IMG/VR virus record: IMGVR_UViG_3300028833_000116
Location: 1-64,000 of that record
Length of the DNA: 64,000 nucleotides
Strand: one strand, 5' to 3'
DNA from: a virus
Taxonomy: Duplodnaviria > Caudoviricetes
How positions within the stretch are numbered: position 1 is the first letter of the stretch; each line of letters begins with the position of its first letter. The notes under the pieces are model-generated. The model was not told the DNA's origin. It saw nothing but the letters and a program-made list of their open reading frames with translations, and did no database searches. Positions 19,701-31,200 of this stretch are shown here, one piece after another. The position numbers and the translations under genes are program-made.

Positions 19701-20729
19701 ACTTCTATTAGTATTGCTAATCATGATATATATGATTTAGACCCTGTTGATATATTCCCTTCTGACTTAGGTTATGGTGGTCTTAAATACATAGATTGTC
19801 AATTGTATTGTCAATATGGTTATATATGGTATGATACAGAACATCGTAAATTGTTTAGATTTGATAATAATAAACTTGAAGATTTAACTGCCAATATTCA
19901 AGAAATAGTTGATTATTTTACATTTGAAAAATGTTACATAAACATAGATAATGAATTTAATAGAATTTTTATAGCTTTTGAAGCAGATATTAATGATAAC
20001 AAAGAATACTTGACATTAGCTTTTAGTTCTATTACTAATAAATTTATTAGTATTATGGATTTTAAATTTGATATGGCATTACATACTACTAATACTGTTT
20101 ATTTTGCATTGAAAAGACAAGGTTATTTATGTAAATATGATAAATCCTCTAATCCAGCATTTTATGATGAACTAGTTAATATTTTTCCTTTATTTGATTT
20201 TAATAATTCAGTCGAACAATCTTTTGGACAATCAATTATAGATGTAATATTTAATGAAAGTTATGAAATTATTAAAAATGTAGAATCTATTTCTTTGATA
20301 CATAATATTATAAATGTTAGTAATAGGTTTGATAATATCTATAGTTTATTTAAAAATTCAAATGACATAGAATACAATAAAGATTTAATAGGAATATCAA
20401 TACAATTATATACTGATAGAACTAGAACTGATATATTACCTTTATATAAACAACCTAGTGAAACCGAAATAGAAGATTATAAAAATAAAAATAATATATT
20501 TGATACAAATCATCTTGATGCTTATAAATATCCTTGGTATAATAAAGGTATTTGGCAATTTAATTATTTTAGAGATGTACTAAATAAAAAAATTGCAGAT
20601 GCTTATACACATTCTGATGACCAATCGTTAATATATGGTAAATTTGTTATAGTTAGGTTTATATATAATGGTGAAACTGGTAAAAGATTAAAGTTAGATA
20701 ATTTAAGTGTAAATTTTAATAGATACTAA
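16716..20729 (+). CDS. Tail stabilisation / muzzle protein
   Basis: 1337 aa, beta-rich, with NKLYLANY and GEVYSFYVHYVRRDGSYT motifs typical of this crAss protein. Confidence 0.7.
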   Translation: MDIVKELNLNRNPKAVSNGSLVCAKNIKLSADGSFITNDDGFSSAIVTAESVDELKISNVTLPEEPITVLYGSIVGYINMPNEIVIFCYTFTEAPRYNYIYRLIERKDGTGVVVIPVNSSWRYTINSTIIGTGYYNSNNELIIAVAENVDDVEIPLKVINLNTCDGSDNPTSYTINPDVPIANLMYIGREYGGTIPNGTYNFFIRYKISEDNYTNWFPIGRTYHATNPKETIIVSTGQVIYKNTRKEKTIIKFPVGNDDDCNYNPMFEINFDSYFFYKEFQIGYIIQHDGSLVGRIWKNFNISTNKFAFDAKYIKEENITNFVKNVFGLYNVKSLTSFKNKLYLANYKETDYNDDIDENIVNAIEPYYKIVPSNINENREISSNTKRYTFSCKNETYTIDNYSNEQLTLYNVLSDANLFRLFFLNAMNLGLPAFNADDLYIKDNGTYYKIDKWIIINNNSTALANVQIQRLDQYGSPIGSPKGTWTFGVKNGTNYTDLEYTTAAPKRTVKVKVETLIPEVYKAAQALSLDEGEVYSFYVHYVRRDGSYTNGYPIYLQNDKSLGEAIETPGQHDSSPTNNLYRYYKYKTESSNDKYICRTGYTSDSVTDVVNVLYPVFTNIQIPNGYVGVFFSYEKVEPRKLFSGIINYVGQYPNVSPTSYYYKIHALGPELGLSDYKCDKIRYNNSFYNVVDSEIKISNNYDDNVFASTLGKEGGIFITLESDLGITKANNYDKATSIINNVVGYNKNNNIYNKKDKELISLGHIITKIGDAPLTYDSTQYDCNLPNYIQKEYKVIVNPKFSAFETINIPYLGIIIIDSSDYIEIYLTGGDGTETTLDYREAKDNNNPKYPFPYYIACSFYNNSRYDFNAIIYKEAPQLIKTVKEGITTVVKPDNLSDLFQYKNSFNNNPVKIYSEYNDSRLNNYIVTNVIRRSYSYRSEGIDLPWKHFDSEDYKVLDFKYGPIVNLLGIGNNLFIHTTNTLCYITSDAKLQADNTSISIANHDIYDLDPVDIFPSDLGYGGLKYIDCQLYCQYGYIWYDTEHRKLFRFDNNKLEDLTANIQEIVDYFTFEKCYINIDNEFNRIFIAFEADINDNKEYLTLAFSSITNKFISIMDFKFDMALHTTNTVYFALKRQGYLCKYDKSSNPAFYDELVNIFPLFDFNNSVEQSFGQSIIDVIFNESYEIIKNVESISLIHNIINVSNRFDNIYSLFKNSNDIEYNKDLIGISIQLYTDRTRTDILPLYKQPSETEIEDYKNKNNIFDTNHLDAYKYPWYNKGIWQFNYFRDVLNKKIADAYTHSDDQSLIYGKFVIVRFIYNGETGKRLKLDNLSVNFNRY

Positions 20730-20730
20730 T

Positions 20731-22248
20731 ATGGAAAGAAAATTAAGAAATCGTGGTGAAAGACCTCAAGCTTTTATTGGTGCTTTAATTGGTGCTGCTG
20801 GAAGTCTAGTAGGTAGCATTATTAATGCTAATGCTCAAAAAAGACAAGCTGAGGAACAAGCTAGACTTCAAAGAGAAGCTCAAGCTAGAGAAGAAGCTAA
20901 AAATATGACTACCGCTTTGAATCTAACTGAGAACGCTCAAAAAGCTTATGAAGACCAATTTAGAATTAATTTTAAATGTGGTGGAAGAAGAAAACTTAAA
21001 AATGGTGGTCATGGTTATTATAATGCAGCTATAACTGATGGTGGCTATGCTATTCCTATCGACAATGATACATTTCTTCTACGGGGGAGCTCACATGAAG
21101 ATGTGAACGAATCTGGTAATACTGGTATTGGTATTAAAGTTTATAAGAAAGGTGGCTCTACTAAACGTAAAGGTGAAGAGATAGAAGCTGAGGGTGGTGA
21201 AGTTATACAGGAGAAACCTAATGAAGTTAGAATATTTAGTGATACTCTTAGATTACCTAATGGTATGACTTTCGCTGAAGCTGCAGCTGCTGGTTATAAT
21301 AAAGATGAACTATTTGCTCTTCAACAGCAAATGAATGGAGGTTATTCTATCTCCCCCGTAGAGAAAAGAAAGAAAGCTCCTTTTGGTGCTCAATTTGGAA
21401 CTGCTGACTATATAGGTTTAGGTACTAATGTTTTAGGTTCAGTTTTATCTAAAATATATTCTAGAAGAATGTATAATAATTTAGAGAAATATGCACCTGA
21501 AAGACCTGCTTTATATAATGCTGGTAAACTTATAACTAATTATAATATAAATCCACAATTATCTAATCTTGAACTGCAAAGACAACAGGCTTATAGAAGT
21601 ATAGATAGAGATGTTTCTAATTCAGCTGCTGCCAATGATAGAAGAAATACTATTGCTCTTCAAACAGCTTTAGCACAAAATGAATTATATAACACTAAGT
21701 ATGGAAAGGAAGCCGAGTTGATGAATAAAGATATTCTTAATCAACAAGAAGTTGCTAATAAAAATGTTGAAGAATACAATAAATGGAAAAATGATAGACA
21801 ATCATATTTAGCTGGTATTGCTTTAAATAGAGATAAATCTACAGTTGATATGATTCAAGGTATTGGTAATTCTATTGGTGGTTTCTTACAGCAAGGTATT
21901 GATAATTATCAAGCTGAACAAGCAATTTCAGCTGAAATAGCTAAATCTCCTTATGGTACTGCTGAAAGAATGGCTTCTTTAGGCTTTAATTTTAGACGTG
22001 GAAAGATGAAACAATTTTTAGCTGACGCTACTAATAGGTTAGAATTGTATAAAGATGATAATTCTGAAGCTGGTATAAAAGCTTATAATAATGCTTTAGA
22101 AAGTTATTTATTTTGGAATAATGCTCTTGGTAAAAATCCTTCTTCTAATTATAAAAGAAGAAGTTTAGCTAATCCTAGTGTTGGTAATTTAATAGGTAGC
22201 GGTACTCCTTATATAACAATATATCCTTCAGATAGAGGAACTATTTGA
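20731..22248 (+). CDS. Virion cargo/ejection protein
   Basis: 505 aa with a hydrophobic Gly/Ala N-terminal helix, GxSHE...GIG and EAEGGE motifs, and a coiled coil. Confidence 0.6.
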   Translation: MERKLRNRGERPQAFIGALIGAAGSLVGSIINANAQKRQAEEQARLQREAQAREEAKNMTTALNLTENAQKAYEDQFRINFKCGGRRKLKNGGHGYYNAAITDGGYAIPIDNDTFLLRGSSHEDVNESGNTGIGIKVYKKGGSTKRKGEEIEAEGGEVIQEKPNEVRIFSDTLRLPNGMTFAEAAAAGYNKDELFALQQQMNGGYSISPVEKRKKAPFGAQFGTADYIGLGTNVLGSVLSKIYSRRMYNNLEKYAPERPALYNAGKLITNYNINPQLSNLELQRQQAYRSIDRDVSNSAAANDRRNTIALQTALAQNELYNTKYGKEAELMNKDILNQQEVANKNVEEYNKWKNDRQSYLAGIALNRDKSTVDMIQGIGNSIGGFLQQGIDNYQAEQAISAEIAKSPYGTAERMASLGFNFRRGKMKQFLADATNRLELYKDDNSEAGIKAYNNALESYLFWNNALGKNPSSNYKRRSLANPSVGNLIGSGTPYITIYPSDRGTI

Positions 22249-22257
22249 TTAACAACT

Positions 22258-22303
22258 TTTAACTTCCGATATTTCTTAATGTCGGAAGTTTTATCTATAT
22301 TTG
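22258..22303 (+). promoter_or_regulatory. Terminator hairpin overlapping a Bacteroidetes-type promoter
   Basis: Inverted repeat AACTTCCGAT...GTCGGAAGTT at 22261-22290; TATATTTG at 22296; TTTAAC at 22258. Confidence 0.55.
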
Positions 22304-22322
22304 TAAATAAAATATTATAATT

Positions 22323-23540
22323 ATGGCTGCATACGAAGAAACAGTTAGTAGAGGAGGTTATAATCCTTTTCAACTTAAACGAGATTATCATCTCAATATT
22401 TTTGGTAATGCTGTTGATAAGATATCTCAACAACATGAGAAAGCTCTTCAACAGCAATCTCAAATAAGACTTGCTTTAGACCAACTTAATCTTAATGAGG
22501 CTGAAGATGAATTTAAACAAAATTACATTAATAATGTAATGAATCAAATTGATAATGCTGCTAGATTTGGTAACTATTCTGGTGCATTAGATACTGCTAT
22601 TAGACTTGCTGGAGAAGCTGCTACAGACCCAAATATTACAGGTAGAGTTAGAGCTAATGAACAATATCAAGCTAAAAGAAAAGAAGTAGAAGCTTTAGCT
22701 GCAAATGGTAAAATCAAAGATATTACTAAAGAAAGATGGCTTGCTCAAAATCAATATAATTATGTTCCTATTATAGATGCTAATGGACGAGTAGTTGGTT
22801 CTAAGAGATGGGAAGATGTAGGGTTTAACGGAGGTGAAATTTGGAATCCTGTTCAAAATGTTGATATTACTAAATTAGCTTTAATTGCTGAAAACTTTGT
22901 TAAACCTGAGAAAAAAACTTGGAGTGGACAATCTACCGACGAAGAGGGATATAGTACTGGTGGTGGAGGCAGTTATGAAAGAGTAACTGAAGATAGATTA
23001 GATGCTGCTTTAAACGCTGCGTTTGCAAGTGCTCCTGGTGCTAGGGAAAGTCTTATGCAAGATTATAAAGATAATCAATGGCTTATAAAGAAATTAGAAC
23101 AAGATAGAGATAATACTCAAGACCCTGCTGAAAAGGATAGACTTCAAAGAGAAATTGATGATATATTTGATACTCTTTATAAAAGAGAAGGAGATAAGAT
23201 AATAGAACTTGATGCTAAAGAATATATGACTAAAAGAATTAGTCCATTATTACACGAAGCAGCTTACAATCATACAACTAGTCATAGTATGAGTAAAGCT
23301 AAAAGTACACCTGTACGTGAAAGACTTGGATTAGGAGATGAAACATTTCCTACTGGTATGGTTTATGGTAATTCTGCTGGAGCAGCTCAAGTAGAAAATA
23401 TGAAACAAGCTGATAGTAAAAGATGGCATCCAGGTATGTTAATTTCTGAAAGTGGTTCTACTGGTGGACAAGGTGGAAGTTCTACTGGAAAACAAAATGG
23501 TGGTTCTAATCACGCAAGTAATGTAACAAAGGGGTATTAA
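22323..23540 (+). CDS. Virion cargo protein (hypothetical)
   Basis: 405 aa, helical, upstream of the giant RNAP-cluster genes. Confidence 0.6.
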   Translation: MAAYEETVSRGGYNPFQLKRDYHLNIFGNAVDKISQQHEKALQQQSQIRLALDQLNLNEAEDEFKQNYINNVMNQIDNAARFGNYSGALDTAIRLAGEAATDPNITGRVRANEQYQAKRKEVEALAANGKIKDITKERWLAQNQYNYVPIIDANGRVVGSKRWEDVGFNGGEIWNPVQNVDITKLALIAENFVKPEKKTWSGQSTDEEGYSTGGGGSYERVTEDRLDAALNAAFASAPGARESLMQDYKDNQWLIKKLEQDRDNTQDPAEKDRLQREIDDIFDTLYKREGDKIIELDAKEYMTKRISPLLHEAAYNHTTSHSMSKAKSTPVRERLGLGDETFPTGMVYGNSAGAAQVENMKQADSKRWHPGMLISESGSTGGQGGSSTGKQNGGSNHASNVTKGY

Positions 23541-23558
23541 TTTTAAATTCGTAGTATT

Positions 23559-25289
23559 ATGCCAAAATATAATAAAGAAACAGGTAAGAAATATCTTTTA
23601 GACTGTGATTTTTTAAGTCTTTCTGATTATTTATATTCATCTACTCCTGAAAATCCTACAAATAGACGTAAGATGGATGAAGATGCTGCATATTTTAGAA
23701 AATTAGGAGAATATGCTACTACCATGTTTGATAGAAGTGACAATAAAGAAAGAACTGCTCTTTATTTTCAAAATATTACAGGTACCTATAATCCTAATAA
23801 TAAATATATTAAACAATTATATGATGCTATTAGCAATATCAAATTAAAAGACGGTCGTTCTACAAATAAATTCGTTTACGCATTTGATGATGATAATGCT
23901 TATAATAAATTTGCAAGCTCTTTTTCTGAAGATAAATATGATAGCTTTGTTAGTCATGTTTATGATACAGGAAAACATTATGTAACTGTAGATAAAGGTA
24001 TATTTTATCGTGACTTAAATAAAGCTACAGATTTAATGAATGCTCTTAGTAACATTTACACTTATGACGTTCACGATGAAAGTAATGTAAATAAAGACGT
24101 TAGGAAATCTATATGGGGTGAAACTTATCAAGAAGACTATGATACTCACACTAGACGTAAAGGTACTCCATGGAGCGTAACTAATCCTAACGCTAAAGCA
24201 AGTATTTGGAGTAAAAAACCTGTTGCTACTAAACGTTATAATTATAAAACTATAAATGCTGTTCAGCTTCCTAATGGTACTCTACAATACAACGATGCTT
24301 TTGAAGGTAATGACCCTAGAGTTTCAAATGCTATGGCTACATTTGCCACAGCTTTAGCTGCTGAAAAACTTAAAATGGCTTCTTATGATATATTGCCTAG
24401 AGTTAATGAAATAAAAGAAGGAGATACAACTAGTCTTACTAATCTAGTTTTTACTGGCTATATGTGTGAGGCAGAAGCTAAACTTAAAAAAGCAAAACTT
24501 AATCGTACTGTTGATAAAGAATATGCTAATGATATATTAAAAGATATAGACGATTATTATAAACATATATTATACAATGTAGATTTAAATAATCCTCAAT
24601 ATTCTGAAGTATATGCTTCTGACATTAATGGAGAAACTACTACTTTAAAATCTGTAGGAACAGAAGATAATCAAAGAACTATACTTAATCAACTTATAAG
24701 ACAAGGTTTAGACCATAATAGAATATCTTATGTTTCAGCTATGGGAGGAGGTAGAAGTGGTACTTATATTACTATATCACCAGATGTAGATACTGAAGGT
24801 AAACCTATAGGAAATTTAAAAGCTGGTGTTACTATATTTGTTCCTGGATTGTTTGAAGAAGATATAGCTAAAGTTCAAAGCAATAATTCTGGAATTAAAG
24901 CTTTCCAAGAATATAATGATAGAATTAAATACAACTATAATTATACAACAGCTACTGACGGTACAATATCTGATTTTAATGATTATAATGCTAAGATAAC
25001 TAAAGACGGTGTATCTAAAACGTATAGCAGAGAAGACATTCAAAGGATTATGGAAAAAGATATTCTTTTACGAAATGCATCTAGAGCTATTCAAAGGTCT
25101 ACCGTTAATGATAAAGGAGAATATATTGGTATAACCAATAAAACCAAAGATATGGCTAAAGTATCTGCTACTAATATAGCAGAAAGTCTTTATGGTAATC
25201 TTAAAGATTTATATCCAGCAGAATTTGAAGCTGAATATCAAAAAATTTTTAGATATTTTCAAAGTTTATTAGATTATAGTTTAAACTAA
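23559..25289 (+). CDS. Hypothetical virion-associated protein
   Basis: 576-aa ORF. Confidence 0.65.
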   Translation: MPKYNKETGKKYLLDCDFLSLSDYLYSSTPENPTNRRKMDEDAAYFRKLGEYATTMFDRSDNKERTALYFQNITGTYNPNNKYIKQLYDAISNIKLKDGRSTNKFVYAFDDDNAYNKFASSFSEDKYDSFVSHVYDTGKHYVTVDKGIFYRDLNKATDLMNALSNIYTYDVHDESNVNKDVRKSIWGETYQEDYDTHTRRKGTPWSVTNPNAKASIWSKKPVATKRYNYKTINAVQLPNGTLQYNDAFEGNDPRVSNAMATFATALAAEKLKMASYDILPRVNEIKEGDTTSLTNLVFTGYMCEAEAKLKKAKLNRTVDKEYANDILKDIDDYYKHILYNVDLNNPQYSEVYASDINGETTTLKSVGTEDNQRTILNQLIRQGLDHNRISYVSAMGGGRSGTYITISPDVDTEGKPIGNLKAGVTIFVPGLFEEDIAKVQSNNSGIKAFQEYNDRIKYNYNYTTATDGTISDFNDYNAKITKDGVSKTYSREDIQRIMEKDILLRNASRAIQRSTVNDKGEYIGITNKTKDMAKVSATNIAESLYGNLKDLYPAEFEAEYQKIFRYFQSLLDYSLN

Positions 25290-25295
25290 GTTAAT

Positions 25296-28200
25296 ATGGA
25301 TATTAATGATTTGTTTATTGTCGGAGGTAAAAAAGTAAAAAATCCGAGATATAATAGGAGAACTAAAAATAAAGAACCTGAATATATAACTATTACAGAT
25401 GAAGGTTCTGGTAGTGTAATTTTAGATATCGCATCTAAAAATCCTTATTTTAATACTAGAATAGATGTTGATACGGAGAAATACAAAGATGCTGAAGACT
25501 ATGGAATAACTGTTACTCCTGGTAATATTGATAACATAGACTCTATGCTTGCGGAACATCAATCTAATTGGACTAAAGCTTTTAATGCTTTAGCCCAAAC
25601 TGTTGTATCTGAAATAGGTCTAGGTACTCTTAAAGGCTTTAGTGATTTATTCGACTTTGTAGTAGGTGGTGCGTTAAGATTATCAAATGGAGAACAAGAA
25701 AATGATTATTCTAATCCTGTATCAAAATTTCTAGAAAACCTTCAAGAAGATTTTAGAAAGGCTACTCCTATTTATGTAGAACCTGGAGTTTCTATAGACA
25801 ATGGAGGTCTTACTAATTTTGGTTGGTGGATGAGTAATCTACCATCAGTTGCTAGTTCTTTAACTCTTATGATTCCAGCTAGAGCTATGACTACTGGTGT
25901 AAGTAAATTAGGAAGTTTAGCTAAAGCTACTAATATTGGTCGTAGAGCAAGTGTTAATGGAAGAAGAATGCTTGGTAACATTGTAGGTGGTCAAACTAAT
26001 CTTAAGCGTCTTGAAACTATGGGTAAGTTTGGTGCCGAAGGTACTCTTATGCGTATAGCTGAAAACTATCAAGAGTCTAGACAAACCTATAATGAAATGT
26101 ATCCTCAAGCACTCGAAACATTAAACAATATGTCTGATGATGAATATCAATCTTATGTTGATTCACATAAAGAAATATTAGGAAATGATATAGATTATAA
26201 TAATAAAGAAGCTGTTGCTAAAAGAATATCTTCTTATTCTGCTGATGAAACTTTTAAAAGTGATATGTTAAATGCTGTGTTTGATATTTATCAGCTTTAT
26301 GGTTTAAGAAATATTGGTAGAATTATGAATGCTCCTGGTAGAGCATCTGTTAGAAGATTAGATAAACTTAGCAGAAAGTTTCCAAATAAATCTAAAGATG
26401 AACTTAAAGAAATACTTAATAAACGTAGTAAATTAAGAAAAGCTTGGGATTGGACAACTGATGCTGCTAGAGGAAGTGCTATTGCTATAACATCAGAAGC
26501 AAGTGAAGGTATAGAAGAAGCTGTAAACTATGCTGCTCAGCAAGAAGGTCTTAGTTATGGACAAGCTCTTTTAACACAAGGTCTTGATGAAGCTACAGGT
26601 AAATATAATCTTACAGATGAAGAAAAAGATGATTTAAAAAGAAAAGAATTCTTTAGTAAAGATAGAATTTTTCCATTTAGTAGACTTACTCAACAAGCAT
26701 TAGAAGATTATATAAAAGCACCAGAACTTCATGATGCTGCTTTTTGGGGAATTCTTGGTGGTATTACTTTTGGCGCAATGGGTTCTGGTGTTAATAAAAT
26801 ATCTCAAGCTTATAAAGCCTATAATACCAAAAAAGAATTACGTGAAGCTGGTGTTGCAGAAGAAGATATTCCTGATTATGTTACATTGATGCAAACACCT
26901 GAAATAGAAGCTCGTATAAATAATATCGAAAGTCGTTATAATAAATTTGAAGAACTTAAAAATAAGCTTAAAACTATAAATGATGACCATAAAGACCCCT
27001 TTAACAGTGATAGAGTTTTAGAAACAGAAGAAGAACGTGAAGTTGCTCGTAAGAGAGTTATAGAAGACCATGATATTAGTCTTCTTTTATCATCTATGGA
27101 TGTTGGTAACTGGGGTATTACAAAAGCTTATCTTGAATCTGATGGTGTAAGAGATGCTTTTGTTGAAGCTGGTATTATGAGTCAAGAAGAAGCTACACAA
27201 AGACAACAAGAAATTAAAACATTAGCAACAAAAGTTGAAAAACTTTATAATGATAATGTTAAAACAATAGATAATGCTTTAAGCAGATATAAAGATGATA
27301 ATACAGATTTAAGTGATATTCCTATCGAAACATTTGGAATTGTAGCTAGATTAAATATTACACATCAAATAGCTGCTGATAGATTAGCTGAAGATATAAA
27401 AAGATTAGAAAGTGATACTGGACAAGAAGAAGATAGAGTTAGAAAAGCTTTAGCAGATACTGGAATAGAAGTTAGAAAACTTGTAGCAGCTAGAATTCAA
27501 GCACAAGCTCTTGGTGAACTTATGGCTGAACGTAAAGAAGTAGCTAATAGTAAAGAAGCTTCAACATTAGATGGACAAATGCAACTTGATATGTTAGATA
27601 AAAAGATAGCTGTTGTAAAACAACAACTTTTATCTAATGTAGCAACACAAGAAGATTATGCTAGAGTAATAGATGCTTTCAGATTTGCAAGTGGTGTTAG
27701 GAAAAGAGATGACGATTATTATTTTGATGAATATGATGAAAACTTTAAGAAGATAGATGAAGCTATAAGAAATAATGATGTTAAAACTCTTAAAGAACTA
27801 GGTATTTTTGGTAATCTTCAAAATAATGCACCATACGATAATCTATTGCATTTAGTATCAGAAGATGGTACTGAATCAAATATAGATTTGAACACTATAA
27901 ATTCTGACTTACAACTTATAGATAATGCTTATGAAATTCTTTATAATACAGATAAAAATAGAACTATATCTAATCTTAAAGACATTTCAAAAAAGCTTGA
28001 TGAAAATTATCATAATTTGGCTGCACTTGAATTACAAAGAGAACTTGAATTACAGCAAATTGCTTTAACTAAAGAAGATGTAGCAAAAGAAGTTGATAGG
28101 ACAAATAATACTTTAACTTCTGTACGTCCAGCTCTTTTAAATCATGCTATGGAAGGTCTACAGCATCTTGCTAAAAAATATGGAAAAGAAGGTATTATAG

Positions 28201-31200
28201 ATGAAATTAATAGACTTAATAGAAGACAAGAAAGAGGTGAAACTTATAATAATTTTACACAAGACGAAAAAAGATGGTTTAACGATTATAGTAAAATAAT
28301 GGCTTTAGACAAAGGTATAAACAGTAATCTTTATAAACGTTCAATAAGAGCCATAAATCTAAATGACGTTTATGAGTTTACAACTACTGAAGATATGTTT
28401 AAAGCCAAATCTGAAGAAACTCAAAATTCTTCTACATCTCAAAATTCAACGTCAGCCGCTCAAACCTCGCAGCCTATTACTTCATCAGCAGAAGAGGAAA
28501 AAGTTGTTGTAGAGCCTGAAAGTGAGGAAATAGAGCCTCAAACAGAAGAAGAACCGACGGAAGAAGAACCAAAAGTAAAGACCACAAAAGTTAATCTTGT
28601 TGCTGACATTAATGATAATAATCCTTCTGGTTTAAATATAGAAAGTGTTCCTGACAGTGAAGCTGGAATAGATGCTCTTGAAGATACAAATGGAAATATT
28701 ACTCTAGACTTTATTAATGCTGATGATGAAGCTGTTAAAGATTGGATGCTTGATAATGAAGATTTATTTGAAACTACAGGTATTCCAGAAGGTGAAGAAG
28801 TTCCAGAAGATGCTGATGTAGAACTTATTAAAAATCCTATTGTTAAAAGAACACCAACAGGTATAGAAATAGTAGAAAAAGGCGTGTTTAATGTCACAAT
28901 TCCTTCTACGGGGGAGGTAGAAGAAACTCTTCCTCCTCCTGTTAATGATGAAGATACTTCTGTTGATGATTTAGCTGCTCGTGCCGCTGAGTTTGAATCT
29001 GACAATTTAGGTGAAGATTTGGCAAATGCAATAATTGATTATATACGAGATAACGATACTTACAATTATAATGATGTAGCTTCTTATCTTAGAGAAAGAT
29101 TTAAAGATAGGGACCAAGCTAGACTTGAAAGTTTACTTGAGAGTTTTATAACAGACCCCGAAATGAGTAATCTAGCTGAAATGGCTGGAAGAAAAGTCGA
29201 AGCTGTACCTATTGCTAAACTTGTATCTTTTAGTGCTTTGAATGATATTGTTAGGACTGATGCTGCTAAACAAAAAGTAAATGAATTACTTAATGATGCT
29301 TTCAAAGATATTTTAAAAAATTATGCTAGTCATTCAGCATTAGATTTTGATGCTGTTAACGGTAAATATATTCTTAGTCTTGAAAATCTTCTTAGATATT
29401 GTACTGATGTTACAGAAAATAAAAACGATGCTGATAGGTTGTACACATCATTACTTAATATAATAAGAAAATCTGATGAATATGTTACTATAGATAGTAC
29501 AACTCCTGTAGCTGAATTAATAGCTAATGCTAAAAAATCTTATGAAGAACGTAAAGCTGAGTTAGCTGATGCCCATAATGCTACTTCTATTAATATAAAA
29601 AGATATATAGGAAGACTTATAAATCAACTTAACAACGATAATATTAGAGAAGAAGATAAAGACCATATTAGACGTCAATTAGAAGATATTTATGATGCAT
29701 TAGATACTGCTAATCCTGGAGATAATTTAACTCATATAAATCAATCTGGAAATGGTCAACATGGTATTAACTTCTTTATTCTTAATTCAAAAGGAATTGA
29801 AGTAAAAGTTGGTGAAATTCCTGCTCCTAAATCCATTAATGGTGGAACTCATTGGGAAATGAATAACATGGGTTGGCTTACTGATGTTCCTAAAGGTAAT
29901 GGTTCAAGTAAATTTCAAAAAGTTATTACTCGTATTCTTGTACCAGAAGCTAGTGATAGTGTTGGACAAGAAATTAATAAACTTCTTAGAGAATATATAA
30001 CTAAAGGAGGTACTAGAAGTCTTGCTAATAAGATTATGGATTTAGTTCGTAGTGATAACGAATTAAGAGAACGTTTAAATAATAAGATTTCTAATACTCT
30101 TGATAGTTTATGTGTAAAACATCTTGTTGATTTATATAACTATGTTAAACAAGTTAACGATATGTTTTTACAAACTTATGGTTTAACAAGAGAACAAGCT
30201 GAAATTGCTCTAAGAGATAATAGACTTGAATCTATTCAAAATTGGATGGACAAACTTAAGGTTAGTTATAATAATGCAGAATATTTATATAATAGTCCTA
30301 ATGTTCCTATAAAAATAGAAACTATAGCTGAAGGTAACGCTATAATAACACCAACTCAAAGACCTGTTTCACAAGCTGTTGGAAGTGAACATAAAGGTTT
30401 AGCAAGAATAGGTATTGTAACATTTAACAAGCCTGGTGAAATAACAGTTGCTGGTGGTACAAGTGTCAAAAATAATTTTGGTAAAGTAGGTACTCCTATT
30501 TTAACAATACCTGGTGCTCATGGTTCTGTTGCCCAAATTCAGGTTACTACTCAAACATTAGATTCTGATAATTTTAGAGGCAATAAAGTTATTCAAGATA
30601 TTTATAATGATGTAATGTCTGAACTAGAAAAACATCTTGATAGTTGGGGTGAATCTCATGATGAAGCTGAATTACTTGATTTCTTTAGAAAACTTCTTGA
30701 ACGTGGTTATAGAAATAATGTTCCTTTATTCCAAGGAGTTTCAGTAGAACCTCTTACTGAAGGATTTAAAGGTTTTCAACTTATTTATACTACGAAAGAT
30801 GGTGAAACTCATTATACTAAATTTTTTAGTAGTCAAACTATTCAAGGTAATACATATCCTGTAAGTAATGTAAGATTTGAAATTAGAAACAAAAAAGGAG
30901 AAATTAAAGGTATTTCACTTAATCCTAAAACAAAAACTCCTGATGCTAGAAAGCAAGCTATAAAAGATATTAAACAACATCTTAAAGAATGTCTTAAGTT
31001 CAATTTAGATTTTGCTTATATTAATTCAGATAATTCTAATATACCTGTTCAAGGTTTTGCAACTAGAAATAATGGAAAATTTGTTATTAATATTACAGGA
31101 AATAAAGAATATGAATTTAATTCATTTAATGATTTTGTAATAGAAAATGATGTTATAAATGCAGCAACAGAACCAAACAAACATGGAAGAAACTTTAATC

